Below are positions 1 through 9,467 of a DNA stretch of 64,000 nt, piece after piece. The notes under the pieces were generated by a model. It was not told where the DNA came from. It saw nothing but the letters and a program-made list of their open reading frames with translations, and ran no database searches. Made by a program: the position numbers and the translations under genes. The stretch is from Hyphomicrobiales bacterium (GTDB lineage Bacteria; Pseudomonadota; Alphaproteobacteria; Rhizobiales; TMED25), in NCBI GenBank assembly GCA_038131735.1, contig JAYPPX010000001.1:1057729-1121728 (forward strand), in the 5' to 3' direction. Numbering within the stretch: position 1 is the stretch's first letter; the number at the start of each line of letters is the position of its first letter.

Positions 1-144
1 ATGCTCTCTCTTTTCTCTGTATCTATAAGCACTTTTTGTATATCTACCGGGACCAAATGTTACAGAGTGAAGATTGTCAATTTCAGTAGCATCATCTGAT
101 CTTTCAAGCCTTATTTCAGGTTCTACCTTAGAATTATTTTTCAT
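1..144 (-). CDS. GNAT-family N-acetyltransferase, N-terminal part only (gene continues beyond window start)
   Basis: Own translation of the minus strand: ATG at 144..142, then MKNNSKVEPEIRLERSDDATEIDNLHSVTFGPGRYTKSAYRYREKREH, open to base 1. The FGPGR..A.R.RE block recalls YhbS-like GNAT proteins. Too short for the ORF track. Confidence 0.45.
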   Translation of the reverse strand, partial: MKNNSKVEPEIRLERSDDATEIDNLHSVTFGPGRYTKSAYRYREKREH

Positions 145-243
145 TTTGGTTACATTTTTTTATAAGAACATGATATGTTCATGAAATTATTAAATTAAAA
201 GAAAACAAAATACTAGTAATATTTAATTTTAAGGTGAGAGTTT

Positions 244-1215
244 ATGGGTAGACTAGAAAATGGTGTTTGGATTGACCAATGGCATAACACAAAAGATACA
301 AAAGGACGTTATGTCAGAAAACCGTCAATCTTTCGTAATTGGATAACGGTTGATGGAGAAGCGGGCCCTACTGGAAAAGGTGGTTATTTAGCGGAAAAAG
401 ATAGATATCATCTATATATATCCTGGGCTTGTCCATGGGCGCACAGAACACTTATTTTTAGGGCAATCAAAGGTCTTGAGAATATGATATCTATCTCAGG
501 AGTTAATGCTATCATGCGTTCCAAAGGCTGGACATTTGACGATGGCTACGGCGTAATTCCAGATAATATTAACCATTCAAAATATTTATACGAGGTTTAC
601 CTCAAAGAAGATAATACCTATTCTGGACGTGTTACAGTCCCATTGTTATGGGATAAAAAAACATCAACAATAGTGAATAATGAGTCAGCTGATATTATTA
701 GGATGTTCAACTCAGCATTTGATAATATAGGAGCAAAAGAAGGTGATTACTATCCTGATAGCTTGAGGGATAAAATAGATAATATGAATGATTTTATCTA
801 TCAAAATATAAATAATGGTGTCTATAGATCTGGATTTGCAACAACTCAGGATGCTTATGATGAAGCAATTGAAACTTTATTTTTTGGATTAGATGAGTTA
901 GATAATATTTTATCAAAACAGAGATACCTCGTAGGCAACATTATAACAGAAGCTGATTGGCGGCTTCTTCCAACACTACTAAGATTTGATAGTGTTTACC
1001 ATGGACATTTTAAGTGTAATAAAAGAAAATTAAAGGAGTATGATAATCTCTTTAATTATGCAAAAGAACTATACCAATTCCCTGGTATTAGTAACACTTA
1101 CGACGACAAATATAGTAAGGAACATTACTATGGGAGTCATGAGACTATCAATCCAAGCGGAGTTATTGCCCATGGACCAGAATTTGAATTCGATACACCT
1201 CATAATAGGATATAA
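244..1215 (+). CDS. Xi-class glutathione S-transferase / glutathionyl-hydroquinone reductase (YqjG/ECM4 family)
   Basis: 323 aa ORF. Hallmark Cys-Pro-Trp-Ala active site (ISWACPWAHRT) and a length typical of the family. SD-like aaggtgagag just upstream of the ATG. Confidence 0.85.
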   Translation: MGRLENGVWIDQWHNTKDTKGRYVRKPSIFRNWITVDGEAGPTGKGGYLAEKDRYHLYISWACPWAHRTLIFRAIKGLENMISISGVNAIMRSKGWTFDDGYGVIPDNINHSKYLYEVYLKEDNTYSGRVTVPLLWDKKTSTIVNNESADIIRMFNSAFDNIGAKEGDYYPDSLRDKIDNMNDFIYQNINNGVYRSGFATTQDAYDEAIETLFFGLDELDNILSKQRYLVGNIITEADWRLLPTLLRFDSVYHGHFKCNKRKLKEYDNLFNYAKELYQFPGISNTYDDKYSKEHYYGSHETINPSGVIAHGPEFEFDTPHNRI

Positions 1216-1221
1216 AAATAT

Positions 1222-1689
1222 ATGACTGAAGATAAAAATATTGTTCTATTTGGTGCAGGTTGTTTTTGGCACCCACAAAAAGTTTACCACTACACCGATG
1301 GTGTCTTGGAAACAGAAGTAGGATATGCAGGTGGGTCCAGCCACAATCCTACATACGAACAAGTTTGCTCTGGTCTTACTGGACATGCAGAAATAGTAAA
1401 AGTTAAATTTGATGATTCAATCGTAAAATTCGATGAACTATTGGATATTTTCTGGAATATCCATGACCCTACACAAATAAATAGACAAGGCGTTGATATT
1501 GGGACGCAATACAGATCATGTATTTTTACTAACTTCGATCCATACCTTGATATAATAAAAAAATCAATTGAAGATATGAATAACTCAGAAACATATTCAA
1601 ATCCTATATCTACCATCATTTATAACACGATAAAATACTACCCTGCTGAGGACTATCATCAAAAATATTTATTTAGGAACGCTCTGTAA
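1222..1689 (+). CDS. msrA: peptide-methionine (S)-S-oxide reductase MsrA
   Basis: 155 aa. GAGCFWHPQ catalytic GCFW motif, GYAGG..NPTYEQVCSG.TGHAE, and DYHQKY near the C terminus. Confidence 0.9.
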   Translation: MTEDKNIVLFGAGCFWHPQKVYHYTDGVLETEVGYAGGSSHNPTYEQVCSGLTGHAEIVKVKFDDSIVKFDELLDIFWNIHDPTQINRQGVDIGTQYRSCIFTNFDPYLDIIKKSIEDMNNSETYSNPISTIIYNTIKYYPAEDYHQKYLFRNAL

Positions 1690-1732
1690 TAGGAAAATCA
1701 ATCTATTGAACACGTAAAATATAGATACAAAA

Positions 1733-2623
1733 ATGATCATTTCACATACATCAGATATACATCTGCCACTAACTTTCAAACCAAGTATTTCAAGCCTGTT
1801 CAATAAAAGAGTAATTGGGTATATCAATCATTACTCCAATAGAAAAAATGTTCATAAACTCGAAAATATCGAACTTATACTAAATGACATAAAACTAAAA
1901 AATAAAACAGGACATACAATCTTATCAGGAGATATTGTGAACTTATCTCTCGAAGAAGAATTTATTAACGCAAATGAATTTCTGGGTAAATACTTTACCA
2001 AAAACAACCTATCAATTATTCCTGGTAATCATGATGCTTATGTGAATATAAAATATAAAAATTCTCTCTGTCACCTAGCAAATTACCTCGATGATTGTGA
2101 TCCCACGAACCAAGCCCATCCATTTCCATATATAAAAAAAATTAAAAATATAGCATTAATTGGTATATCAACTGCAGTCCCTTCACCACCCTTTATGTGC
2201 TGGGGTAGAGTTTCAAATGAACAATTAATGAAACTTGAAGAAATTCTCTCTTCAATCGAAAAAGAAAACAATTTTGTATTATTATTCTTACATCATCCAA
2301 TACACCATTATGGAGCATTTAATCTAAAAGGGTTACTCAACAAAGAAGAATTAATTGAAACTATTTCAAAATTTAATATCCATCTAATCATCCATGGTCA
2401 TTTACACAGAGAGATCCATAATTCAATTCAAATAAAAGAGGTTCCGGTTCCATGTATTGGAGCACCATCTGGCTCGAAAGATAAAAATAGCGGGCTTTCA
2501 TACCTCGAATATCAAATAGATAAAATAAATGACAAATGGAATTTAAAGGTATATCGTCGCGAATATAATTATAATGACGAAATATTTGAAAGCTTGATTT
2601 TAAAGGAAGTCTCTTATGATTAG
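1733..2623 (+). CDS. calcineurin-like metallophosphoesterase
   Basis: 296 aa. Ordered phosphoesterase motifs HTSDIHL, SGDIVN, PGNHD, LHHP and HGHLH. The specific substrate cannot be assigned. Confidence 0.75.
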   Translation: MIISHTSDIHLPLTFKPSISSLFNKRVIGYINHYSNRKNVHKLENIELILNDIKLKNKTGHTILSGDIVNLSLEEEFINANEFLGKYFTKNNLSIIPGNHDAYVNIKYKNSLCHLANYLDDCDPTNQAHPFPYIKKIKNIALIGISTAVPSPPFMCWGRVSNEQLMKLEEILSSIEKENNFVLLFLHHPIHHYGAFNLKGLLNKEELIETISKFNIHLIIHGHLHREIHNSIQIKEVPVPCIGAPSGSKDKNSGLSYLEYQIDKINDKWNLKVYRREYNYNDEIFESLILKEVSYD

Positions 2624-3833
2624 TAGAATATCACCATTAACATTAAAAATTATTTGCGGTGGTTTGATTCTTGCTATTGCTGTTGGCATCAGACAATCAT
2701 TTGGACTATTCCTTGATCCAGTAAGTACAACTCTCCAAATTGGACGTGAAACTTTTGCATTATCAATAGGACTCATTAACCTTTTATGGGGAGCTCTTGC
2801 ACCATTCACTGGTGCTTTATCTGATAAATTTGGTCTGAAAAAAGTCGCTATATTTGGTACAATCCTCTACTCATTGGGTATTTATATTTTCTCAAATTCA
2901 AGCTATGGGTATGAACTTATAATTGGAGGACTAATAGTAGGTGCGGGACTATCAGGCTTAGGATTTACTGTAATACTTGGTGCAGTCGGTAAATTTGCTC
3001 CACCAGAGAAGAGAGGTACTGCGCTTGGTCTCACAACAATGGGTGGTTCAATAGGAATGTTCCTTGGTATTCCAGTATCTGGGACACTAATTGAGTCCAC
3101 TGGTTGGTCGGCTGCATTTTTCTGGTTGGCAATTATATCGCTTGTAATGTTACCTCTTGTTTACGGACTTGTTGATGGCAAAACATCAAATGATAAAAAA
3201 ACAAAAGTAGCCTTTGAGGATAAAGGTGAAACGCTAATAGAGGTATTAAATCATGCATTTCACTCAAAGCACTTCGTACTGCTAGTATGCGGATTCTTCA
3301 TATGTGGTTTTCATGTTAACTTCATTGTGTCCCATTTACCAGCATTCATAAGCGATATGTCTTTGCCTGGCAATGTTGCAACTACTGCTTTAGCTCTAGT
3401 TGGCTTTGCAAATATTTTTGGAGTTGCAATAGCAGGTAGGTTAGGTGATAAATATAGTAAGAGTGATGTACTTGTAGTTCTTTACAGCCTAAGAGCTATA
3501 GTCTTTACAATTTATATACTTACTCCAATTACAGCTTCTTCAACAATGATTTTTACTTTCACCTTGGGTCTTTTATGGCTGGGTACAGTTCCACTAACTA
3601 GCGGTCTCGTTGCAACATTTTTTGGCCCTAAATATATGTCAATGCTATATGGTATCGTATTTTTTGGACATCAATTAGGTGGATTTTTTAGCTCTTGGCT
3701 TGGTGGTAGGATTTATGACTTCACTGGTAATTATGATATTATGTGGTGGTTCTCAGTGTTTCTTGGAGTATTTGCAGCATTATTACATTATCCAATAAAA
3801 GATAAAGCAATTATTCTATTCGGAAGTAGATAG
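2616..3833 (+). CDS. MFS transporter (oxalate/formate-antiporter-like subfamily by appearance)
   Basis: 405 aa with about 12 hydrophobic helices in a 6+6 layout. The start overlaps the upstream stop by 8 nt, suggesting translational coupling. Confidence 0.8.
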   Translation: MISRISPLTLKIICGGLILAIAVGIRQSFGLFLDPVSTTLQIGRETFALSIGLINLLWGALAPFTGALSDKFGLKKVAIFGTILYSLGIYIFSNSSYGYELIIGGLIVGAGLSGLGFTVILGAVGKFAPPEKRGTALGLTTMGGSIGMFLGIPVSGTLIESTGWSAAFFWLAIISLVMLPLVYGLVDGKTSNDKKTKVAFEDKGETLIEVLNHAFHSKHFVLLVCGFFICGFHVNFIVSHLPAFISDMSLPGNVATTALALVGFANIFGVAIAGRLGDKYSKSDVLVVLYSLRAIVFTIYILTPITASSTMIFTFTLGLLWLGTVPLTSGLVATFFGPKYMSMLYGIVFFGHQLGGFFSSWLGGRIYDFTGNYDIMWWFSVFLGVFAALLHYPIKDKAIILFGSR

Positions 3834-4721
3834 TTATATTCTATATATTCTGCTGGCTGTGTTATAAAAAATATTCTTTTTTGCACTTTGCTCAAGATCA
3901 TCAGTAGCCTGCTTATATGCATCAATTATATCTTTGTACTCACACCAGATTTTTTCAATTGGAAAATTTGAACCAAACATACATCTGTCAGAGCTGTATA
4001 TTCTAAGAACCTGGTTAACAATATCCTTTATAAAGATTGGATCATTTTTATTCATAAAAGTACCCAAACCAGATAGTTTTATAATCAAATTATCAAATTC
4101 TGACAAAGCTGTCATAAATTCAAACCACATTTTCATTGAGTCATCAGATAGATCATGCGGCATCCCCGCGTGCTGCAAGATAAATGTTACATCAGGATAC
4201 CTTGATAGCAATCTTAGTGCTTGATCTTTCTGCCCTTGAAACATCTGTAGTTCAAAAATTGAATTATGTTTTGCTAAGTGCTCAAAATTTTTATTGAACA
4301 ATGGCTCATCAATTATATTGGGGGAATGAGCAAATGAATATAATTCCTTTTCATGCCAATGTAACTGCATTCTGATTCCTCTTGTGAGAGGGTAATCAAA
4401 TAAACGGTTGAGCATTTCAGGAGCATCTTTATCTAATAGATTACAATATCCAATAAACGCATTAGGCCAACCGGAAGAATTAAAACAATCATCAATAAAT
4501 TTTGCCTCATCCAAATATTTGTCTAGTGGCCAGTTACACTGTATATATACAGATTTTTCTACTCCAAAATCGACAACGTCATCAATGTAATCGTCAATTA
4601 AATAGTCTTTTTTTATAGATGTATAATCACCAAATATTCTTGGTTGTATTCTGCCTTGCAACCAATCAAGATCCTTCTGTTCCCAAACATGATGATGACT
4701 GTCTATGATAGGTATTTTCAT
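3834..4721 (-). CDS. amidohydrolase_2-family metal hydrolase (sugar-lactonase / LigI-like)
   Basis: 295 aa. N-terminal IIDSHHHVW metal motif followed by DLDWL, with later HAGMPH and D residues, as in PF04909 lactonases. Its stop abuts the convergent MFS stop with zero spacer. Confidence 0.7.
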   Translation of the reverse strand: MKIPIIDSHHHVWEQKDLDWLQGRIQPRIFGDYTSIKKDYLIDDYIDDVVDFGVEKSVYIQCNWPLDKYLDEAKFIDDCFNSSGWPNAFIGYCNLLDKDAPEMLNRLFDYPLTRGIRMQLHWHEKELYSFAHSPNIIDEPLFNKNFEHLAKHNSIFELQMFQGQKDQALRLLSRYPDVTFILQHAGMPHDLSDDSMKMWFEFMTALSEFDNLIIKLSGLGTFMNKNDPIFIKDIVNQVLRIYSSDRCMFGSNFPIEKIWCEYKDIIDAYKQATDDLEQSAKKNIFYNTASRIYRI

Positions 4722-4728
4722 TTGTTTT

Positions 4729-6120
4729 TTATAATTTCTTTATTGATCTGGATGAAATTATATAAAATCTCGGTACCAGAAGCAATAATGAACTAATTAT
4801 ACCAAAACCAATACCCATCCAAAGACCGACTAGACCGTACCCTAGTGAAACTGAGAATATATATGATATTGGCATCCCAAAGAACCAAAAACATAGAGAT
4901 AATATGATAAATGGAATCCAAACATCACCAGTACCTCTCAAAGCCCCAAGTGATACTGCCATCATAGTGTCAAATATAAATAAAAACCCTACAAAAAACA
5001 TTATTTCTTTTGTTAATAATATCATTTCAGGATCATCAAAAAATATATCAGCTATTAATTCGGGATAGAGTATTGTAAATAATGAAACTGGTAATGTTAT
5101 AGAAAATGCAACAAGAATCCCCATTAGACCAGCTAATTTTGTGTCTATAATATTTTGCCTTCCAACAGCTTTACCTACTCTAATTGATGTTGCACCTGCA
5201 ACTCCAATTGCACTCATATAAATAAGATTCATTATGGTATATGTGGCATGATGAGCGGCAAGCGCCTTCGATCCAAACCAGCCTGCAATAAAAACAACAA
5301 TACTAAATGCTACTATCTCCACTCCCTGTAGCAGTGACATTGGTAATGCAACTTTCCTAAATTTCCGTGAGATTTTGTTCTTTAATGAAAATAAGTTTTC
5401 TTTTATTTCATTGTAACTTTTTCGTATTTTATATAAATCATCGTTCCTATCTGAAATCAGAAACAAATAAATTAATGCAATAAAAAATGCTACCCACCTT
5501 AGTATTGAAGAGATAACAATTGCCTCGTAAGCGCCTCCTTCAGGAAAAAATCCACCCCAGGATAATATAAAGATACCATTGAATATAACATTCAATATAT
5601 TCACAAATATCATAATATACATGCCTGCTTTTTGATAACCTATAGACTCTAATATCAAATTCGTTGTAACAAAAAAGAGCATTCCTGGAATACCATATGC
5701 AAATACAAGCGAAACTCTTGCTCCCTCAGTTGCTATATTTGTATCTTGTCCAGTGAGTAAAAAGAAATCTTCCACAAAGTAAGCAAGAAAAATTGAAATA
5801 AAAGAGAATATAATACTGTGAGCCATGCTTGAATACCATATTCCACCCACGTTATATTCTTCTTTAGCCCCGATTGCCTGAGAGGCTAGCACCACTGTTG
5901 CATTAAGTGCACCAATAAATATAACCATTAATGCAATGACTGGTGCAAGTCCGATTCCTAAATAGGCTAGTTGCTCTGCGCCAGCCCAGCCAGTCATGAT
6001 AGCATCAATAGTAACCATAATTAGTATTGAAGTTCTGGCAATTATAATGGGAAAACCCATTCTGATTGTATCCAGATAATTAAATAAGTACGGATTCTTA
6101 ATTTTTTCAGTTTTAAGCAT
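4729..6120 (-). CDS. MATE-family efflux transporter
   Basis: 463 aa with 12 hydrophobic helices in two similar halves. Length and N-terminal region are typical of NorM/DinF-type MATE proteins. Confidence 0.75.
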   Translation of the reverse strand: MLKTEKIKNPYLFNYLDTIRMGFPIIIARTSILIMVTIDAIMTGWAGAEQLAYLGIGLAPVIALMVIFIGALNATVVLASQAIGAKEEYNVGGIWYSSMAHSIIFSFISIFLAYFVEDFFLLTGQDTNIATEGARVSLVFAYGIPGMLFFVTTNLILESIGYQKAGMYIMIFVNILNVIFNGIFILSWGGFFPEGGAYEAIVISSILRWVAFFIALIYLFLISDRNDDLYKIRKSYNEIKENLFSLKNKISRKFRKVALPMSLLQGVEIVAFSIVVFIAGWFGSKALAAHHATYTIMNLIYMSAIGVAGATSIRVGKAVGRQNIIDTKLAGLMGILVAFSITLPVSLFTILYPELIADIFFDDPEMILLTKEIMFFVGFLFIFDTMMAVSLGALRGTGDVWIPFIILSLCFWFFGMPISYIFSVSLGYGLVGLWMGIGFGIISSLLLLVPRFYIISSRSIKKL

Positions 6121-6154
6121 TCAATTAATTTAATATTTAAAAATATAAGAAGTT

Positions 6155-6394
6155 TTATTGATCTGAGATTGTACAAATATCGTCACCAACTGTTACATCA
6201 TCTCCTTCATTTGCTTGAATGGAAATTAATTTTCCATCACAAGGAGCTTCAATCTCAGCAGTGGTTTTATCTGTTTCAATTGTATATAAAATCTCACCCT
6301 TTGAAAAATTTTCGCCTGGTTTTTTATGCCATTCAACAATTGTACCATCCTCTACATTCATCCCCATCCTTGGCATTTTTAAAACTAAAGTCAT
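6155..6394 (-). CDS. free-standing lipoyl-attachment domain protein
   Basis: 79 aa, a single lipoyl domain with the ETDKTTAEIEAP motif (lipoyl-lysine in DK). No E2 catalytic domain is attached or adjacent. Confidence 0.8.
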   Translation of the reverse strand: MTLVLKMPRMGMNVEDGTIVEWHKKPGENFSKGEILYTIETDKTTAEIEAPCDGKLISIQANEGDDVTVGDDICTISDQ

Positions 6395-6402
6395 TCAATT
6401 CC

Positions 6403-7371
6403 TCATTTTAATAATTGAAATATACAATCGACGATATCCGGCACGTCTGGAATAACATTATTTTCTAGAATTGGTGCATATGGAATTGCAACATCTTTGA
6501 CTGTAACACGTTTGATTGGGGCTTTTAAATACTGAAATGCTTTATCTGAAATTATTGCGGATATATGACTCGCAGCACTACAAACATCCCTAGATTCATC
6601 AACAATTACCACTCTTCCTGTCTTTTTCACTGACTCTATAATTGATGACTCGTCTATCGGTAACAATGATAACAAATCAATTAAATCAATATTTACATTA
6701 GACTCTTTCACCTTATCTGCGGCGGATAGTGCTTTAATTGTCATAGCACCAATGGAAATAACAGTACAATCACTTCCAGTTCTTAAAACTTCAGCTTTTC
6801 CGATAGGCAAACAAAAATCTTCATCATCTGGAACTTCTTCTGGGCGTCCGCCTCCAGCAGCTGTTAAATAAAATACTGGATTATCATCGCGGATAGCTGA
6901 TTTCAATAACCCCTTAGCCGTTCGCGCGCTTGATGGCACCACAATTTTTATACCACCTAAATTCATTAACGCTGAATATGGTATATCCGAATGCTGAGCT
7001 GCAGCAGATCTTCCACCACCAATAACTGCCATGTATACAATTGGTAATTTTACTTGCCCAGCGGTCATATATTTAAGTTTTGCAGCTTGGTTTGCGATTG
7101 AGTCAAAACCGGTATAGATGAAATTACCATAGAGTAAATGACAAATTGGTCTATATCCCGCAGCTGCAGCACCGACTGCCATACCTGTCATAACGTTTTC
7201 GCATATCGGTGTATCCATAACCCGTTCTTTTCCATACTTCTCTTGCAATCCAGTAGTTTGTCCCAATAGGGATATGCCAGCATCTTCGCCATATAATATT
7301 ACTTTCTTATCACGAGACATTTCCTCATCTAGTGCCATATTTATAGCAGGCATCATTCTTTTTTTTGCCAT
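6403..7371 (-). CDS. TPP-dependent 2-oxoacid/acetoin dehydrogenase E1 component, beta subunit
   Basis: 322 aa from the ATG at 7371 (the track start at 7383 is TTG). Transketolase-like Pyr and C-terminal domains (GEDAG.., TPICE, ..HSD). The ATG lies 1 nt after the E1-alpha stop. Confidence 0.85.
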   Translation of the reverse strand: MAKKRMMPAINMALDEEMSRDKKVILYGEDAGISLLGQTTGLQEKYGKERVMDTPICENVMTGMAVGAAAAGYRPICHLLYGNFIYTGFDSIANQAAKLKYMTAGQVKLPIVYMAVIGGGRSAAAQHSDIPYSALMNLGGIKIVVPSSARTAKGLLKSAIRDDNPVFYLTAAGGGRPEEVPDDEDFCLPIGKAEVLRTGSDCTVISIGAMTIKALSAADKVKESNVNIDLIDLLSLLPIDESSIIESVKKTGRVVIVDESRDVCSAASHISAIISDKAFQYLKAPIKRVTVKDVAIPYAPILENNVIPDVPDIVDCIFQLLK

Positions 7372-7372
7372 C

Positions 7373-8371
7373 TTAACTCTCAATCATATGATCCATTGAA
7401 CTACTTATTTCTGGATCATTACTATCTAATGCAAACCTCACAGCTTCTTCGACTTCGGAATTAACTTCGTTATGAATCTCATTCACCTCATTAGCTGTAT
7501 AGTTTTTATTTTTAATTAGTTGTTTTTCCAATCTCAATATTGGATCTTTGTCTTCCTGTTTCCACAAATCAACTTCTTTTTGATCTCTATAAGTACGTGA
7601 TAAAAATGTATATTCAAATTCTACATGACCCCTCTGCCTGTATGTATGTGCTTCAATAAATGTAGGACCCTCACCACTTCTTCCACGCCTAATCGCATTT
7701 GATGCAGCTTGCCAGACATCAACAACATTATTCCCATCAACTTCATAAGTAGGTATATTAAATGGTCTAGCTCTATCTGCAATCTTCCCAGATGTAACCT
7801 CAGATGTGTGGGTAAACTCAGAGTATTGATTGTTTTCACATACAAAAATCATTGGCAACTTCCATAGTGATGAAATATTCATAGCTTCCATCAAAACGCC
7901 CTGGTTAGCTGCACCATCTCCAAAGAATATTACCGATACAACGCCTTTTCTATCCAATTTAGCTGCTAGTGCTGCACCCACAGCAAGACCCATTCCACCA
8001 GCAACAACACCGTTAGCACCGATAATGCCTTTTGAAAAATCGGCAACATGCATTGATCCACCCTTACCTCCGCAGATCCCTGTTGATTTACCATATATTT
8101 CAGCCATCATTGATTTAATGTTTCCGCCTTTAGCAATAAAGTGACCATGTCCTCTGTGAGTGCTTGATATCCAATCTGAGTCATTCAGTTGATCACATAG
8201 CGGAACTGCTATTGCTTCTTGCCCTATATATAGATGAACAGCTCCAGGAAATGCACCATTTTTTGTTGCCTCTCCTAGGTGTTCTTCACATTTTCTAATT
8301 ACCAACATTTTCCGATGAAAACGTTTCAGATCTTCCTCAGATAAATTATTTGAATATTTTTTATCATCCAT
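7373..8371 (-). CDS. TPP-dependent 2-oxoacid/acetoin dehydrogenase E1 component, alpha subunit
   Basis: 332 aa. TPP-binding fold motif FFGDGAANQG...CENNQYS, plus YIGQEA and HRGHGH blocks typical of E1-alpha. Confidence 0.85.
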   Translation of the reverse strand: MDDKKYSNNLSEEDLKRFHRKMLVIRKCEEHLGEATKNGAFPGAVHLYIGQEAIAVPLCDQLNDSDWISSTHRGHGHFIAKGGNIKSMMAEIYGKSTGICGGKGGSMHVADFSKGIIGANGVVAGGMGLAVGAALAAKLDRKGVVSVIFFGDGAANQGVLMEAMNISSLWKLPMIFVCENNQYSEFTHTSEVTSGKIADRARPFNIPTYEVDGNNVVDVWQAASNAIRRGRSGEGPTFIEAHTYRQRGHVEFEYTFLSRTYRDQKEVDLWKQEDKDPILRLEKQLIKNKNYTANEVNEIHNEVNSEVEEAVRFALDSNDPEISSSMDHMIES

Positions 8372-8383
8372 AAAAACTATCCC

Positions 8384-9376
8384 CTAACTTAGATCTACGA
8401 TCTGATTGGAATTTGATGAATTAATTATGGACTCAAGTATTTGGACATTTGCGATAATTTCATCAATTGTTATTCTGTAATTACCTCGACCTTCAACAGC
8501 ATCTGCCCATTCTTCAAAATTCATTTTCACTGTATTAACAACACTATATTCTTCAACTATTCTTTCACCATTTTTATTACAATAAATGAATTCAGCAGGA
8601 TCATCGACATCTACATTTGATATTTCTCTAATTTCAACCCAGCCTTCTTCACCAAAAACAGTAAATCTTCCATAAAAAGGGGTTGATATCATAACTGCTA
8701 GTGATGCCGTTACGTTATTTTTAAATCTTAAATTTACTGATAAAGTATCTTTTTGAGGATGCTTAAGCACAATTGAACCTGTTTTTGCATATATTCTGCT
8801 AGCAGGACCCAAAAAAGAAACAAAAAAATCTGATAAATGAATTCCTAAAGCAGTCATCCCGCCTGCTGGAGCAGACTTTGGGTCTAATCTCCAATTATTT
8901 CTATCTAATTTCATAAAAATATCGTGACTAAAATTAGTTTCCATATGAAGGATTTTTCCTAGAAGATTGTTATCAAGCATTTCTCGGAGTCTGACCATGG
9001 CAGGTTCCCATCTTCTTTCATGTCCGACGCCTAGGATTACGTTATTATTCTTACATGCATCAGCCATTCTTTTGATGCTCTCGTACTTTAATGCAACAGG
9101 TTTTTCACAAAATACTTGTTTTCCATGATTAGCCGCAGCAATTACTTGTTCTTCATGAAATTGATTTGGAGTGGCCAAAATGACAGCATCAATATCCTCA
9201 GAAGCTATTATCCCCTGAAAGTCAAGTTTTGGATTTACAGAATATTCACTAAATATAGAGTCAGACTCTCCGATCATTGGATCGAAAGCATGGGTAATTT
9301 CTATTTTTTTGCTATCATTAAGACATTTGATTATTTGTTTTCCCCACCAACCAAGTCCAATTACTGCTGCTCTCAT
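8384..9376 (-). CDS. Gfo/Idh/MocA-family NAD(P)-dependent oxidoreductase
   Basis: 330 aa. N-terminal Rossmann MRAAVIGLGWWG and the family EKP motif (FCEKPVAL). Confidence 0.8.
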   Translation of the reverse strand: MRAAVIGLGWWGKQIIKCLNDSKKIEITHAFDPMIGESDSIFSEYSVNPKLDFQGIIASEDIDAVILATPNQFHEEQVIAAANHGKQVFCEKPVALKYESIKRMADACKNNNVILGVGHERRWEPAMVRLREMLDNNLLGKILHMETNFSHDIFMKLDRNNWRLDPKSAPAGGMTALGIHLSDFFVSFLGPASRIYAKTGSIVLKHPQKDTLSVNLRFKNNVTASLAVMISTPFYGRFTVFGEEGWVEIREISNVDVDDPAEFIYCNKNGERIVEEYSVVNTVKMNFEEWADAVEGRGNYRITIDEIIANVQILESIINSSNSNQIVDLS

Positions 9377-9467
9377 ATTAATTTACCTCATCCCTGTATT
9401 TGAAAGTTTATTTTTAAACTAAAAATAGACAGATATATTGATTATATATATAGAAGGAACTTTGTAA

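Noticed and set aside
1290-1619. 109-aa minus-strand ORF inside msrA, and similar antisense ORFs (7830..8144, 45370..45639, 52383..52673, 6169..6455, 28283..29392, 34319..34901, 48039..50248 groups)
   Set aside because: Each lies opposite a CDS with unambiguous family motifs. None has independent support.
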